Part shown: piece by piece, positions 27,061 through 41,364 of the stretch
Layout: each line of letters begins with the position of its first letter
Position numbering within the stretch: the stretch's first letter is position 1
Assembly (NCBI GenBank): GCA_977017645.1
Contig: OZ360237.1
Span: forward strand, 9,114,001 to 9,178,000
Length of the DNA stretch: 64,000 bases
DNA from: Torpedo marmorata
Taxonomy: Eukaryota
Reading direction: 5' to 3'
Made by a program: the position numbers and the translations under genes
Notes under the pieces: model-generated
Told to the model about the DNA's origin: nothing
Seen by the model: the letters and a program-made list of their open reading frames with translations, nothing else
Databases searched by the model: none

Positions 27061-29102
27061 GTGTGAATGTCTTAATGATCCACAGTAATATATCATGAGG
27101 GAAGATACAATCTCTGTTCTACAAAATCAAATTGATAATTTTCTTACACCTCACACAAACAGGAAAGATTTGTTCAATATAGAGTGATATGAAGGATGGT
27201 TTTTCTTATATCAGGTTGTGACATTATCCTGTATCCACTGTATGTGGATTTAATTGACCAAAATTTGTTCAGCTATAATGCAAGAGAAAAACCTCATGAT
27301 GTCCCTATACCTGTTCTCACCCACTCTCAGTATACACAAAGGATTATTTTTTCTATATTTTTTTCCAACATTGCAAAGTTGGTTGTGCCTAATAATTGCA
27401 AACCTTGGCTTAGGCTTAAGCAATGCATGACTTGAACATTTTATTAAACTGTCTTTTATTTAACAGTCTTTTCCAGCTAGATTTACTCAAGGAATACTAG
27501 TTATACTTCAGACCCAACACATCTTTATGTATGAGCTTTTCATACTGTTAAATTGCAACATCAGCCAGGCTGACAGAAGGGGCTTCTTTCTCTTTATCCT
27601 TTGTACTGTGCTGTGCGAGGGTGTTAGCGTGTGCTTGTGTCGTGCAGCAGGTCTTGTTATCAGACAGATTATGTAAAATGATACTTTTTGTCAGACTGAC
27701 CTTTTTATACTACATGGCAGCTTACAAAACCTCAGAGGTTTTCCCTGCATTTTGTAAAGCAGTGACTTTCCACTGACGTTTCATTTATCACCTTGCTTGA
27801 AATAGACTGGAACCTGTTCTTCTGATCACTTTCATTAAATATGCTCTTGCCCCTTAATTACAACTAATTACTCTAGGCATCTCTAATATAAATGTTTTAT
27901 TAAGGGTGCTGTCCATGTTAAACCAACTCAAAGTTACTATCCTGCAGCTTGAATCTTGTAATAATTAATACCAATTAGAAATTCAAGGTTGGTAATTAAA
28001 TACATATATGCAATTTTATTATTTGATTTCTCAGATGGGAATATTTGTCTGGTTAAGTTAGGAGAAGAAAAAGAAAATGAATTTGTGTTGTTCAAGTGCC
28101 CTTGTGCATGGAACATATTTAATCACTCAATTGTTAAGTTTGAATGTTCACTCCTTTTGGGTGTGAACATTGTACACTTATGCACATTTAAAATATATAA
28201 CGTACAGTTTTACTCAAACCAACATATTCTTCTTTACCCATGTGATAAAGCAATATAGTTCCAGCAAAATATAATATCACAAAAAGGTCATACAATTGGA
28301 AGGAGGCTGTGTAAACTAGCATTATAAGTCTGTATGTTTGCAGTGTAATGTATTTTCTCGTTTCAAAAAGTACAAAAGGAGACAATGTATATATAGGTTG
28401 AAGATCATTACTATCCAATCCAAATTTGGTCTGCAGCAACTGAAATGCAATGTTCCTGAAGGCAAGGCTTGGCTCTTTTATTGTGTATGAGGTCCAAAAT
28501 GTGATCTCCCAATATGGCAGTTAGTTGAGATTACAGCAGAAGTGAGTTGTGGGGAGGAACAGGCACAGTGGGGTGTTTGGAGATCAGGGATGATCATTGT
28601 AGATGAACAGGAATGAAGCAGTAGTCTGGGAGATGAGGATAGATAGGTTGCCTGATCATTGCAAGAGATTGTGAGGTGATTAGAAGACATCAGCAATGAA
28701 AGGATTTGTGTGGATGTTCAGCAACAACAGCAAGTTAAAGAAGATACCTAGAGCAGGAAGATGGACACTTCAGACTTGCTAGCAGGTAGTACTAGGCTGC
28801 TTAACCAGCCCTGAAGCAGACCACAATCCTCTGGTTAAGAGCTACTCTGATGTTCCCATTGGAATCATATGTACATCTAAATTGTGTGCAGGTGATACAT
28901 GGAGTCTGGCATCAGTGTGTAGGCCTGGCTACCTTCCTGCAATATGTTGCCAACAAGTCTAGCCCCTGGCCTTCTGCTCATGTGGTTCTTCAGACAAAAT
29001 GATTTTAGATTCATTCTGCTTTCCTTGCAAAGTAGATACCATCCAGACAATGTAAAATTAGCACAATACCATGTAGAATATTTGTATAGCATTAGCTTAA
29101 TG

Positions 29103-29478
29103 CAGTGGTTTTCAAACTGCCCCCCGAAACTCACATTCCACCTTAAGCAATCCCTATGCCATAAGTGCTCTGTGATTAGTAAGGGATTTTTTAAGGTGGT
29201 ATGTGAGTGGAAAGAAAACATTTGAAAACCACTGTTTTAATCGTACCTAATTGACTCGTTATGTGCACGGTTTCATAACTCCAAAGGAAATGCGCCAATA
29301 ACAATTTTTCTCAAGCAAAATATTTCAGTAACAATTGAGTCGAGAGCAGTGGTTCTCAAACCTTCCCTTCCCACTCACATACCACCTTAAACAATCCCTT
29401 ACTAATCACAGAGCACTTATGGCGTAGGGATTGCTTAAGGTGGAATGTGAGTTTAGGGGGGCAGTTTGAAAACCACTG
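29103..29478. mobile_element. Palindromic hAT (Charlie-like) MITE
   Basis: TIR CAGTGGTTTTCAAACTGCCCCCC, with ~130-bp arms inverted relative to each other. 8-bp TSD GCTTAATG at 29095-29102 and, displaced by the L1, at 33868-33875. Confidence 0.9.
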
Positions 29479-29481
29479 GCT

Positions 29482-32400
29482 TTTTTTAATTATTATTTTA
29501 TTTAAACTTTTAAATCACAAAATACATAAAATAAAATATAAAATTATCAAAATACATGTGATACATTTTCACCCCCCCACCCTCCCTCCCCTCCCCAACC
29601 CCCCCATCCCCACTAATCTAGTGAAATTAAAATAAAAGTAAAAATAGAAAAAAGAAAGAAAGAAAAAGATAGAATAAGGGGAATACCATCTATAAACTAA
29701 TTCTATTATGGAGGTCAAATGTGCCAGTAGATCCGATATCCAGAGATCTTCAAATCCTTAAACCCACAGCTCTCATATATGGGCTCCAAATTTTCAAAAA
29801 GAAATGATATTTATTACGTAAATTATAAGTAATTTTTTCCAGTGGTATACACGAACGAAGCTCTGCATGCCATCTTTCTAATCCTAAATCTAAGTCAGAT
29901 TTCCAAGTAATAGCAATGCATTTTTTTGAAACAGCTAAAGCAATTAGTAAAAATTCTACTTGAAACATATTTAATTTCTTTTTAATACTAAATTTTTTAA
30001 TATCTCCAAATAAAAATAACATAGGATCCATTGGAAATACAATATTAAATACTTTATCTAAAAATTTTTTAACTTTCAACCAAAAATCTTGAATCTTTAG
30101 ACAAAACCATGTAGAATGAACAAAAGAACCTTCCTCATTATTGCATCTAAAACATAGTCCTGATAATGTCGAATTAAATTTCTTTAATTTTTTTGGTGTT
30201 AAATATAATTGATGAAAAAAATTATATTGTACTAGTCTATATCTAACATTAATAATCTTCGTCATACTTAACTTACATAAATCTTTCCAGTGATTTTCAT
30301 CTATATTTACATTTAAATCTAATTCCCATTTTAATCTTGATTTATGCAATCCTATTTTAGGCATTTTCCTCTGAAACAATTTATACATTTGAGAAATAAA
30401 TTTATTAACATCTCCATTAGTAACTAATAATTCTAATTCATTTTGTCTTGGTAAAATCAAAGCATAACCTAATTTCTCAGTCAAAAAAGCTTTAACTTGA
30501 TAATAAGCTAAAAATGTATTATCTGGTATATTAAATTTATCTTTCATTCTTTGAAACGTAATAAATTTACCAGCTTCAAAACAATCATTTATCTTCTTAA
30601 TACCTTTTTGAAACCAAATTTTAAGTAACTGATTATTAACAGTAAATGATATAAGTCCATTTTGATATAATGGCATATTTGAAGAAATTAATCCTCTTCC
30701 ACCTATCTCTTTATCCGTCTTACCCCATATTTCTAACAAATGTTTAATAATCGGTGAATTTTTCTTTTTTAATAATATTAATTTAGAATCCCATTTATAA
30801 ATAATTTCTTCTTTAAGATTTTCTCCTATATTATTTAATTCTATTTTAATCCAAGCAGAAGATTTAGTTAAATCAAAAAATTCATTAACAAATTTCAGTT
30901 GAGCTGCTTTATAATAATTTTGAAAATTAGGAAGTTGCAATCCACCCATCTCATAATTCCAGGTTAACTTTTCCATACTTACTCTTGCTAACTTTCCTTT
31001 CCATAAAAATTTCCTAACGATAAAATTTAAATCTTTAAAAATTTTTTGAGGAATTCCAAAAGGAATTGATTGAAAAAGATACTGCACTCTTGGAAAAATA
31101 TTCATTTTAATACAATTTACCCTTCCCATTAAAGTTATGGGTAAATCTTTCCAGTTCTCTAAATCTTTCTTTATTTTCACAAATAATGGTAAATAATTTA
31201 ATTTATATAAATTTTCCTATTTTGTATCAACCTTGACCCCCAAATATTTAATTCCTTCTTTAGCCCATTTAAGTTGTGTAATTTCTTTACATCTAGTGTA
31301 ATCACCCTGAGATAAAGCCATTATTTCACTTTTATCAGAATTAATTTTATATCCAGATATTTCACCATATTCTCTTAATATAACAGATAGTTGTTGAAGT
31401 GATATAATAGATTTTGTCATATATATCAATACATCATCTGCAAACAAACTAATCTTATGTTCTTCCGTACCAACTTTAATACCCACTATCTTAGGATCTT
31501 TTCTAACCAATTCAGCCAAGGGTTCTAACGCCAAAACAAATAAAGCTGGTGACAGGGGACATCCCTGTCTCGTAGAACGTGTCAAAGAAAATTTTGCCGA
31601 TATTTGTCCATTTGTGATTACTTTAGCTGATGGTTCTTTATATATAGTTTTAATCCAATTTATAAATGTATTTCCAAAACCAAATTTTTCTAATACCTTA
31701 AATAAAAAATTCCATTCTAATCTATCAAAAGCCTTTTCAGCGTCTAATGTTACAACTAATGGTAAATCTTGTTTCTTTTTATGAAAACTAATTAATCTAG
31801 CTATATTATCCTTTGAGTATCTATTTTTAATAAAACCAGCTTGATCTGTATGTATCAAATCTGGCAAATATTTAGCCATTCTATTTGCTAAAATTTTTGC
31901 CATTATTTTATAATCTACATTTAATAATGAAATAGGTCTATATGATTCAGTTTTTAATACATCTCTATCCTTCTTTGGTATAACTGTAATTATAGCATTT
32001 TAAAATGTTTTCGGTAATGAATGAGTTTCCGTAATTTGATCTAATACCTCCATATATGGAGGTATCAATAAATCTTTAAATTCTTTATAAAATTCTGATG
32101 AAAACCCATCATCACCCGGAGATTTACCACTCTTCAACGAGGAAAAAACTTTGCTAACTTCCCTCATTGTGAAAGGCAAATCTAAAGAGTCTCTACTCCG
32201 AATATTCAATTTAGGTAATACAATTTTAGATAGGAATCTATTAATTTTAGAATCATCTTGATCAATCTGCGATTTATATAAATTCTGATAATAATCTTTA
32301 AAAGATTCATTTATCTCTTGAGGTTTATAAGTTATTTCTCCAGTATTTTTCTTCCTTATAGCATTTATAGTTTTAGAAACTTGTTCTTTTTTTAATTGCC

Positions 32401-33855
32401 ATGCCAAAACCTTATGTGCTCTTTCTCCTAATTCATAATATCTTTGTTTAGTTTTCTCAATTAATTTTTCCATTCTATATGTTTGTAATAAATTATAATG
32501 TAATTTCTTCCCTATTAAACGATTTCTTTTTTGAATTGATCTATTTCTCTGTAAGTCTTTCTCCATAAGTTCAATTTCCTTCTCCAGTTTTTCTGATTCC
32601 TTAAGATAATCTTTCTTAATTTTAACTGAATAACTTATTATTAGACCCCTTAAGTAAGCTTTTAAAGCTTCCCACACTATAAATTTATCATTAATAGAAT
32701 TAACATTTATTCGTAAAAATTCCTGAATTTCTCTTCTTATATATTCACAAAAATCTTTCCTTTTTAATAACGACGAATCAAATCTCCAATTATATATAGT
32801 TTTTTCTTTTTCCGGAATTATACAAGACAATAACAAAGGTGAATGATCAGAAATTACTCTCGCTTTATAGGATGCTTGCGTTATTCTATCTTGAACCTGT
32901 GATGATAAAAAAATAAATCTATCCTAGAGTATGAATCATGTCTAAAAGAATAAAATGAATAATCTTTTTCCCTAGGGTTCAGTCTCCTCCAAATATCTAT
33001 TAAATTTAAATCTTTCATCAAATTAAGAATTTTTTAAACAATTTTAGCTCTAACAGATGATCTTGAGGTTCTATCCATTATTGAATCTAAACAACAATTG
33101 AAATCTCCCCCAATTAAAATATTCTCATTAGCCTCTGACAAATGCAAAAAGGCATCTTGAATGAACTGCTCATCATCTGGATTTGACACATATAAATTCA
33201 TAAGTGTCCAAGATTCTGAATAAATTTGACAGTGTATCAACACATATCTTCCTGCTACATCTGTAACTACCGATTGTATCTTAAAAAGTAATTTTTTGTT
33301 AACTAATATAGCTACACCTCTTGCCTTAGAATTAAATGATGAAGCCACCACATGGCCAACCCACTCTCTTTTTAATTTTTGATGTTCCAAATCTATCAAA
33401 TGAGTCTCTTGTAAGAAAGCTATATCTACCTTTAACTTTTTAATATATGCTAAGGTTCTTTTTCTCTTAATTGGATTATTAAGCCCATTTATATTTATAC
33501 TTACTAAATTTATATTCTTACTATCCATCATAATCAAATTGTAACAAATCTCTTTCAATCAAATCCACTAGCTTTCCCCTCCTAAATTGTGAACTACTTG
33601 ATATCCCCTCAAGTAAAGTAAAGAATAGAAAGAAAAAGAAAAAAAAAAATAAACCCCCGGATATAAAACACTGGCATTTTTATCCCAGTATTACCCCCCT
33701 CCATTGTTCGAGAAGTGGCTCTCGCCACTAAGGTGGTGTACGGCTGGGAAGAAGAAACAAAAAGTCCACCTCCCCCCAACAGATTAATGTAAATTTATAC
33801 ATCATATCTTCAATTAACTGATCCAATGTCCAAATCTTCTTGTTCTTCCTCAGTC
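29482..33855 (-). mobile_element. L1-clade LINE with near-complete ORF2 (APE endonuclease, RT, CCHC), 5'-truncated
   Basis: ORFs 33034-33558 (NINGLN, FLQETH, GGDFN), 32000-32836 (KSPGDDG), 31217-31903 (LDAEKAFD, RQGCPLSP, LFADD) and 29750-31180 (CFRC..H...C). A-rich tail. 15-16-bp TSD TGAAAACCACTGGCT(T) at 29467 and 33856. Confidence 0.96.
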
Positions 33856-34134
33856 TGAAAACCACTGGCTTAATGTGTAACAAAACAGATGATTGAGATA
33901 TCTGTTTATGTCTCCTCCAGATTGGTGTATGCATAGTATGGTGCAAGTTGCAAATCAAACAAATGAGGAATAATGGAATGCACTGTATATTATCATATCA
34001 ATTATAATCATCTTATAATATTGTGTAGACTTGTAACTCAGTGAAACATGTGTAGCATAACTTTTCTAAATCAATGTGGCACCACACCATTCATTGTATG
34101 TGCTTCTGGATTAATTGATGCCATTTTGTACAAC

Positions 34135-34250
34135 CTACTGTTCTAGATCAATCTGACACCATGCAATATAACATGCATTTCTAGATCAATGACATGCCAT
34201 GCAGTGTGACATACTGTTCTAGACCAGTGAAGTACAATGTAGCATGCAGT
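34135..34250. repeat. Degenerate ~38-bp minisatellite, about 3 units
   Basis: Recurring TTCTAGA(T/C)CA..., followed by CCATGCA in the first two units. Confidence 0.5.
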
Positions 34251-34912
34251 CTTCAAGCAGTTCCAAGCTATCCTATTATTGTAAGTATAAAACAATATTT
34301 TTTTCTAATTAAATGTAATGCTGCAGTGAGTTTTGTATGTGCTTTTAGAAAGTTGTGCATCTGTTAAAAAGAATATCATATGTATATCAAAGTATTGTTC
34401 TGTTTTAACCCTGAGCCACTTGTCAAACTGAAAATCTGACTGGAAATTTTTGTGATTGCTCAGATATGCTTTAGAGCACATAGTGGGTTTAAATAAAATA
34501 TTACACATTTTTGAGTCATGCAATATTATACACTGCTGACAACTATTAAAGAATGTACAGGAACACAATAAACCAATAAGGTATGGACTTAAAAACATTT
34601 GTGTGCACAGAGGAATAGAATTGTATCTGATATCCAATTGCCGAATGTGGTGTGTACTTACAATAAGCATCACAAAGCCTGTGACCTTTGTTTCTGGATC
34701 TTCTGTGTAAATAACAGTCAAGTATATTGAAGTACACAGACCTGTAAAGTGGTCACGCAGCACGCAGTCACGCAGGACCTGTCTAGATATTTCTCATATT
34801 TTCTTATGATGTAGAAGAAGACCATTCTGCTTATCAAGTCTGTGCCCAGCTCTCAGTGAAATCTCATTTCCCTACTTATTCTGATTCTCTTTCACATGCT
34901 CATTCACATTTT

Positions 34913-37900
34913 GGATACTGTTGGGTGTGGGGGGGGGGAACGACCTACCATGGACAAGCCACGGCGATCAGGTCTCAGGCACGGAGTCTGGTCCTGTGGC
35001 TAAGAAGGGAAGGGAGGAGAAGAGGAGAGCTGTACTGATAGGGGATTCCATAGTTAGGGGGACAGATAAGAAGTTCTGTGGAAGAGATTGAGTATCCCGG
35101 ATGGTATATTGCCTCCCTGGTGCCAGGGTCCTAGATATCTCAGATCGAGTTCATAGCATTCTCAGGAGGGAGGGTGAGCAGCCAGATGTGGTGGTCCATA
35201 TAGGGACCAATGACGTGGGTAGGAAAGGTGAGGAGGTCCTGCAAGGAGAGTTCAGGGAGTTAGGCGCTAGGTTGAAGGACAGGACCTCCAGGGTTGTGAT
35301 CTCAGAATTGCTACCCGTGCCACGTGCTACGGAGGTTAGAAATAGGAGGATAATGCAGCTTAACACGTGGCTAAAGACATGGTGCAGGAGGGAGGGCTTC
35401 AGGTTTCTGGATCATTGGGCTCTCTTCCTGGGAAGGTGGGACCTGTTCCGAATGGACGGTTTGCATCTGAACTGCAGGGGGACTAATATCCTTGCAGGAA
35501 GGTTTGCTTGTGCTGCTCCGGTGGGTTTAAACTAGATTTGCAAGGGGATGGGAACCAGAGTGCCAGAGCAGATAGAGGAGTGGAGGAGGGAAAGGATGAT
35601 GTGAAAATTACATGCACCGTTAGAAGTCAACGGGTTGTACGTGGTGGAAATTTTCTAAAGTGCATCTATTTCAATGCAAGGAGTATTGTAGGAAAGGCAG
35701 ACGGGTTTAGAGCATGGATTGGCACATGAAATTATGACATTGTGGCCATTAGTGAAACTTGGTTGCAGGAGGAGCAGGATTGGCAGCCCAATGTTCCGGG
35801 CTTCCGTTGCTTTAGACGCCATAGAATGGGGGGATAAAAGGAGGAGGAGTGTCATTGCTCGTCAGGGAAAATATCACAGCTGTGCTCAGGCAGGACAAGA
35901 CCAGAGGGCTCGTCTCCTGAGGCTATAAGGGTGGAGCTGAGGAAGGGGAAAGGTATGACCACACTCATGGGGGCTGTATTATAGATTGCCCAATAGTCAA
36001 CGGGGATTGGAGGAGCAAATCGGTAGAGAGATAGCAGACAGCTGCAGGAAACATAAGGTTGTGATAGTAGGGGATTTTAATTTTCCACATATTGACTGGG
36101 ACTCCCATACTGCAAAAGGGCTGGTGGCTTGGAGTTTGTCAAATGTGTTCAGGAAAGTTTTCTAAATCAATACATAGAGGTACCAACTAGAGTGAATGCA
36201 ATACTGGATCTCCTTTTAAGGAACGAGACAGGACAGGTGACAGAAGAATGTTTCGGCGAACATTTTGGGTCCCGTGATCATAATGCCATTAGTTTCAAGT
36301 TAATTATGGAGAAGCAGAGGACTTGGCCTCGGGTTGAGATTCTAAACTGGAGAAAGGCTAATTTTGAGGAAATGAGAAAGGATCTAGAATGCGTGTATTG
36401 GGATAAGTTGTTTTCAGGCAAGGATGTGCAAGGTCAGTGGAGGACCTTCAAAGGTGAAATTTTGAGAGTACAGAGTTTGTATGTTCCTGTCAGGATTAAA
36501 GGCAAGGTTAGCAGGCATAGGGAACCTTCGTTTTCAAGGGATATTGGGGATCTGGATTGGAAGAAGAGAGAGGTGTATAGCAGGTATAGGCAACATGGAG
36601 CAAATAGGTACTTGATGAGTATAAAAAATGCAAGGAAAACCTCAAGAAAGAAATCAGGAAGGCAAAAAAAGACATGAGGTTGCTTTGGCAGACAATGTGA
36701 AGGAAAATCCTAAGGGTATCTATAGGTATATTAAGAGCAAAAAATAGTAAGGGACAAAATGGGTCCCCTTGAAGATCAGAGTGGTCGGCTTTGTATGGAG
36801 CCAAAAGAGATGGGGGAGATCTTAAATGTTTTTTTTTCATCAGTATTCACTCAGGAAACTGGCACAGAGTCGTGGGAAGTAAGGAAAACAAGCAGTGAGG
36901 TCATGGAACCTATACAGATTAAAGAGGAGGAAGTGCTTGCTGTCTTAAAGCAAATAAGGGTGGATAAATCCCCAGGGCCTGACAAGAAATTCCCTCGGAC
37001 CTTGAGGGAGGCTAGTGTAGAAATTGCAGGGAATCTGGCAGAAATGTGGTGCCGGAGGATTGAAGGGTAGCTCACGTTGTTCCATTGTTTAAAAAGGGCT
37101 CTAAAAGTAACCCTGGAAATTATAGACCAGTGAGCCTGACGTCAGTAGTAGGTAAATTATTGGAAGGTGTTCTAAGAGATCGGATATACAATTATTTGGA
37201 TAGCCAGAAATTGATAAGGGATAGTCAACATGGCTTTGTGCGTGGTCGGTCGTGTTTAACCAATATTATAGAGTTTTTCAAGGAGGTTACCAGATAAGTT
37301 GATGAAGGAAAGGCTCTGGATGTTGTCTACATGGACAATGCCTTTGACAAGGTCCCACATGGAAGGTTAGTCAGGAAGGTTCAGACACTAGGTATTCATG
37401 GTGAAGTAGTGAACTGGATTCGACAATGGCTGGACGGGAGAAGCCAGAGAGTAGTGGTGGATGATTGCTTCTCAGACTGGAGGCCTGTGACTAGTGGTGT
37501 GCCTCAGGGATCAGTGCTGAGTCCATTGTTGTTTGTCATCTATCTTGATGATAATGTGGTAAATTGGATCAACAAGTTTGCAGATGACACTAAAATTGGA
37601 GGCGTTGTGGACAGCAAAGAAGGTTTTCAAAGCTTTCAGAGGGATCTGGAACAGCTGGAAAAATGGGCTGAAAAATGGCAGATGGAATTTAATGCAGACA
37701 AGTGTGAGGTGTTGCATTTTGGAAGGACAAACCAAGAAAGGACATACAAGGTGAATGGTAGGGCACTGAGGAGTGCGGTAGGATAGAGGGACCTTGGAAT
37801 TCAGATACTTAATTCCCTGAAAGTGGCGTCACAGGTGGATAGGGTTGTAAAGAGAGCTTTTGGCATATTGGCCTTCATAAATCAAAGTAATGAGTATAGG

Positions 37901-38478
37901 AGCTGGGATGTTATGGTAAAGTTGTATAAGACATTGGTGAGGCCAAATTTGGAGTATTGTGTGCAGTTTTGGTCACCTAACTACAGGAAAGATATCAATA
38001 AGATAGAAAGAGTGCAGAGAAGATTCACTAGGATGTTACCTGGACTTCAGGAAATGAGTTACAGGGAAAGGTTAAATAGGTTAGGACTTTATTCCCTGGA
38101 GCATTGAAGAATAAGGAGAGATTTGATAGAGGTATTTAAAATTATGAGGGGGATAGACAGAGTAAATGTAGATAGGCTTTTTCCACTGAGTGTAGGTGAG
38201 ATAGAAACCAGAGGACATGGGTTAAGAGTGAAAGGGGAAAAGTTTAGGGGGAACTTGAGGGGTGGGAGTGTGGAACGAGCTGCCAGCTGAAGTGGTGAAT
38301 GCAGGCTCAATTTTAACATTTAAGAAGAATTTGGACAGGTACATGGATGGGAGAGGTATGGAGGGCTATGGACTGGGTGCAGGTCAGTGGGACTAGGCAA
38401 AAAAAAAGTTTTGGCACAGACTAGAAGGGCTGAAGGGGCCTGTTTCTGTGCTGTAGTGTTCTATGGTTTTATGGTTAT
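34913..38478 (+). mobile_element. Long CR1 LINE: ORF1 SGNH-esterase plus decayed ORF2 (APE-RT), inserted in a V-SINE
   Basis: LIGDSIVRG (35035), CLPGA, VHIGTND and DGLHLN esterase blocks. ORF2 motifs YFNARS, GDFN, KSPGPD, NYRPVSLTS, GVPQGS and KFADD, with many stops. Tail gggcctgtttctgtgctgtag. Confidence 0.95.
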
Positions 38479-38725
38479 CATCAACTCTACCCCACTTTTC
38501 CTCCCACTCACTTACATGAGGCGTCATTTATGGTAGCCATTTAATCTACCAACCACAATGTCTTTGGGATGTGTGAGAAAACCTGAGCCGATGGGAGCAA
38601 CCCATGGGATTACAGGGATTTTACAATCTGAAAATTCCATGCAGATAACACCAGAGACCAGGATTGAACCCAGGTCTCTGGAGCTGTGAGGCAGCAGCAA
38701 TGTGTACGATGCCACTCCGCCACCC
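38479..38725 (-). mobile_element. Old V-SINE (5' part); its 3' part lies at ~34800-34908, split by the CR1
   Basis: Head/V-domain remnants (caggattgaacccaggtctctggagctgtgaggcagc). Confidence 0.7.
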
Positions 38726-40850
38726 AATGCCTGCTGTATCTCTTCTGTGCAATGTACATGTGTATGCGTGTCTTGGTAAAGAACGAGTTACCCTTGCAGA
38801 AACAAGCTTTTATTACCAATGTCAGGCCTGCTTCAGCAGTACTTAATGAGTGTATGTCTAAGAAGGACCCAGGATGAAGATCAACGCTGAGAAAGATACA
38901 GTTAGCTTTTTGTTAGGGCCTGCCATTACAAAGCAAAGTTGACTGTTCCAAATGCACCTCCTCCAACAGGCCAATCACATTGTATGCCATTTTTAGATCA
39001 TAGCAGAATTGAGGGATATGGGTGAATGCTAGAGGTTAACACTAAAGAAAAAGATCAGCCATGGTTTTATTGTAAGGTGGGGCAAATGACCTACTCCTAT
39101 TACTTTAGTTTACACTCCAAATATAATTCCCTGACCTGATCCTGGAGTACCTAATTCTTCCACCACAATGTTCTCATTGTGAGACTCACGCTCCTGTGAA
39201 AAGGACTGCCTTGAGAGTGTTAAACAGCCAAGGCCTTTTCAAATGCCAGCACAGAAGAGCTTCTTGGCCAAATTTGTCCTTGTCTGTTTCCATTTAGATC
39301 ATTGTCTGCCACTTGTTGGGATGTCACTTGACAGGGTGTAAGCAGAGGCAAGGTGGTCTCCCCACAATGGTCAAGGAAAATTGCAGAGTACTTGCTTGGG
39401 TCTGAATTGGCCCAAGAATCTAGGAACGTAACTGCAACATGTGTGCAAGTGGAACGGAAAATAATTTCTTGAAATAGACCGATTTGACATGCACTTCAGA
39501 ATGAATACCATTGATTGTGGAGGTAGGGAGGTTGAGTCGACTCGACCAGAGCAGTGTGGCTTCAAAACCTGAATGGTCAGAATCTGTTTGATATTGATAG
39601 AAGTATTTAAAATGTCTTTCAGATGCAGTGAGAGACTGAAAGAAGTTTCTCTCCACTGGGTATATGGGAGTGAAGTTAAGGTGGAATTTTTATTCTAATT
39701 GTAATCGTGTTTTTTCACTGGGGAAGGGATATTTTCCTGTCTTTATCTACCAAAAATGAAAAATATTTGCCTGGAAATTGGACTTCATCAACTTTTGTTG
39801 CACTTAATATGTACTGCGAAAGCATTAATGCTCTCCTGGACTCCTGGAGAAGCGACATGAAATTGGCCAAAAATGCATGAAAAGTAGTGATATGTTGATG
39901 TGATTGTGCAAGTTATTTAATTGCCTTCTTATTTCAAAATCCAGTGTGATATACTCCTGGTTTTTTTTGGTGAATTAAAAATGATTTGGGATTTACTGTG
40001 GTCAAGGCAGAAGGGATAGAAATATTCTTTATTTCATTTGTTAAAGGTTTTCAAGTAAACTATTTAAAGCTCTTGGTTTGGTTTCTCAATGGAGAGGCAT
40101 CAACAATGTAATACTGTAGTTGTCTATTCTTTGTCTCATACTCTGTCTATAGGAGACATTAAACACTGCTTTACAAAACTGGAAAACAAGCTGTACTGCA
40201 GCAAAGCATGAATGAATTGATATTAAAAATACACTGGGTAAATAAATATTTACATTACTTTTTATTTCATATGAAGCTTCTTGATCCTGCCTGAAGCACT
40301 TACACCTGTGCTTCTAAGGGTACTTTTAATCTTTGAAAACCAGTGAAGGCTGTTTATACAGATTGTGTCAAACAGTGCTCATGTGCAACCTCCCAAGAGG
40401 TTGGAAAGTCTACTATCTGCAGACGTTGTCAATGTAAGCTGAGTAACAGTCGGGCCAATAAACTTGCTTCCAGACAGCAGAACTGCATTTCCTTAGCTGC
40501 AGAGCCAGTTATAAATTGAGAACGATGGCTTTTGAGTCCGACCTGCACCACACACTGCCAACACCTCCAGAGCTCAGTTTTAAAGCACACCACGTTTGGA
40601 ATTGTATAACCACAAATCATGGAAGGAGGCCATTTGGCCCAGTGAGTCTGTGCTAGTTGTGTACAAGAGCAATCCATTCCGTCCCATTCAGTTCATCCAA
40701 AGTATCTTTACAACTCTGTAATCTTGTGAATGAGATCTTGTATTAATGACTTTTTAAAATAGTTTGAACATCAGGCAATGTTCCGGCCAAGTGTAATACA
40801 AACCCATGCAGAGAGAATCTGACACAACATTCTCAGCTCCTTGGGCTGCA

Positions 40851-41072
40851 TTTATTTAGACATACAGCACAGTAAAAGGCCCTTCTGGCCCACAAGCCCA
40901 TGCTGCCCAAATACCCCAATTAACCTACAACCCCTGTACCCCTGTGAGGAAACCAGAGAACCCAGAGGAAACCCATGCAGACATGGGGAAAATGTACCGT
41001 CAGCGCTGGATTCGAACCCGGGTTGCTGGCACTGTAATTGTGTTGCGCTAACCGCTACACTAACCACACCAC
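40851..41072 (-). mobile_element. tRNA-derived V-SINE (HE1-like)
   Basis: Same family as 21305-21563, with internal deletions. Confidence 0.88.
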
Positions 41073-41364
41073 CCAATTACTATTTATTGCTTTAAATGTA
41101 AGTAGATCTGACTTTGAATATTGTATAATGCTTATGGAAATCACGTCAGAGGTTTTCCCTGTCCTGAAATATTGCAAATTATTATATTATCTCATGCAAA
41201 TTTGAGACAACTCAGAAGTAAAACATCAACTTGGGTAAGGTTAAATCAAGAATATGTGTAACAGTAAAGAATGAATTCAGACCCAGCAGCACTTAACTCT
41301 GCCAGGAATGGCATAGTGAATGTTATACAAAAAAAAACCAATGCTTTTTGTTCTTTTTGCACAG

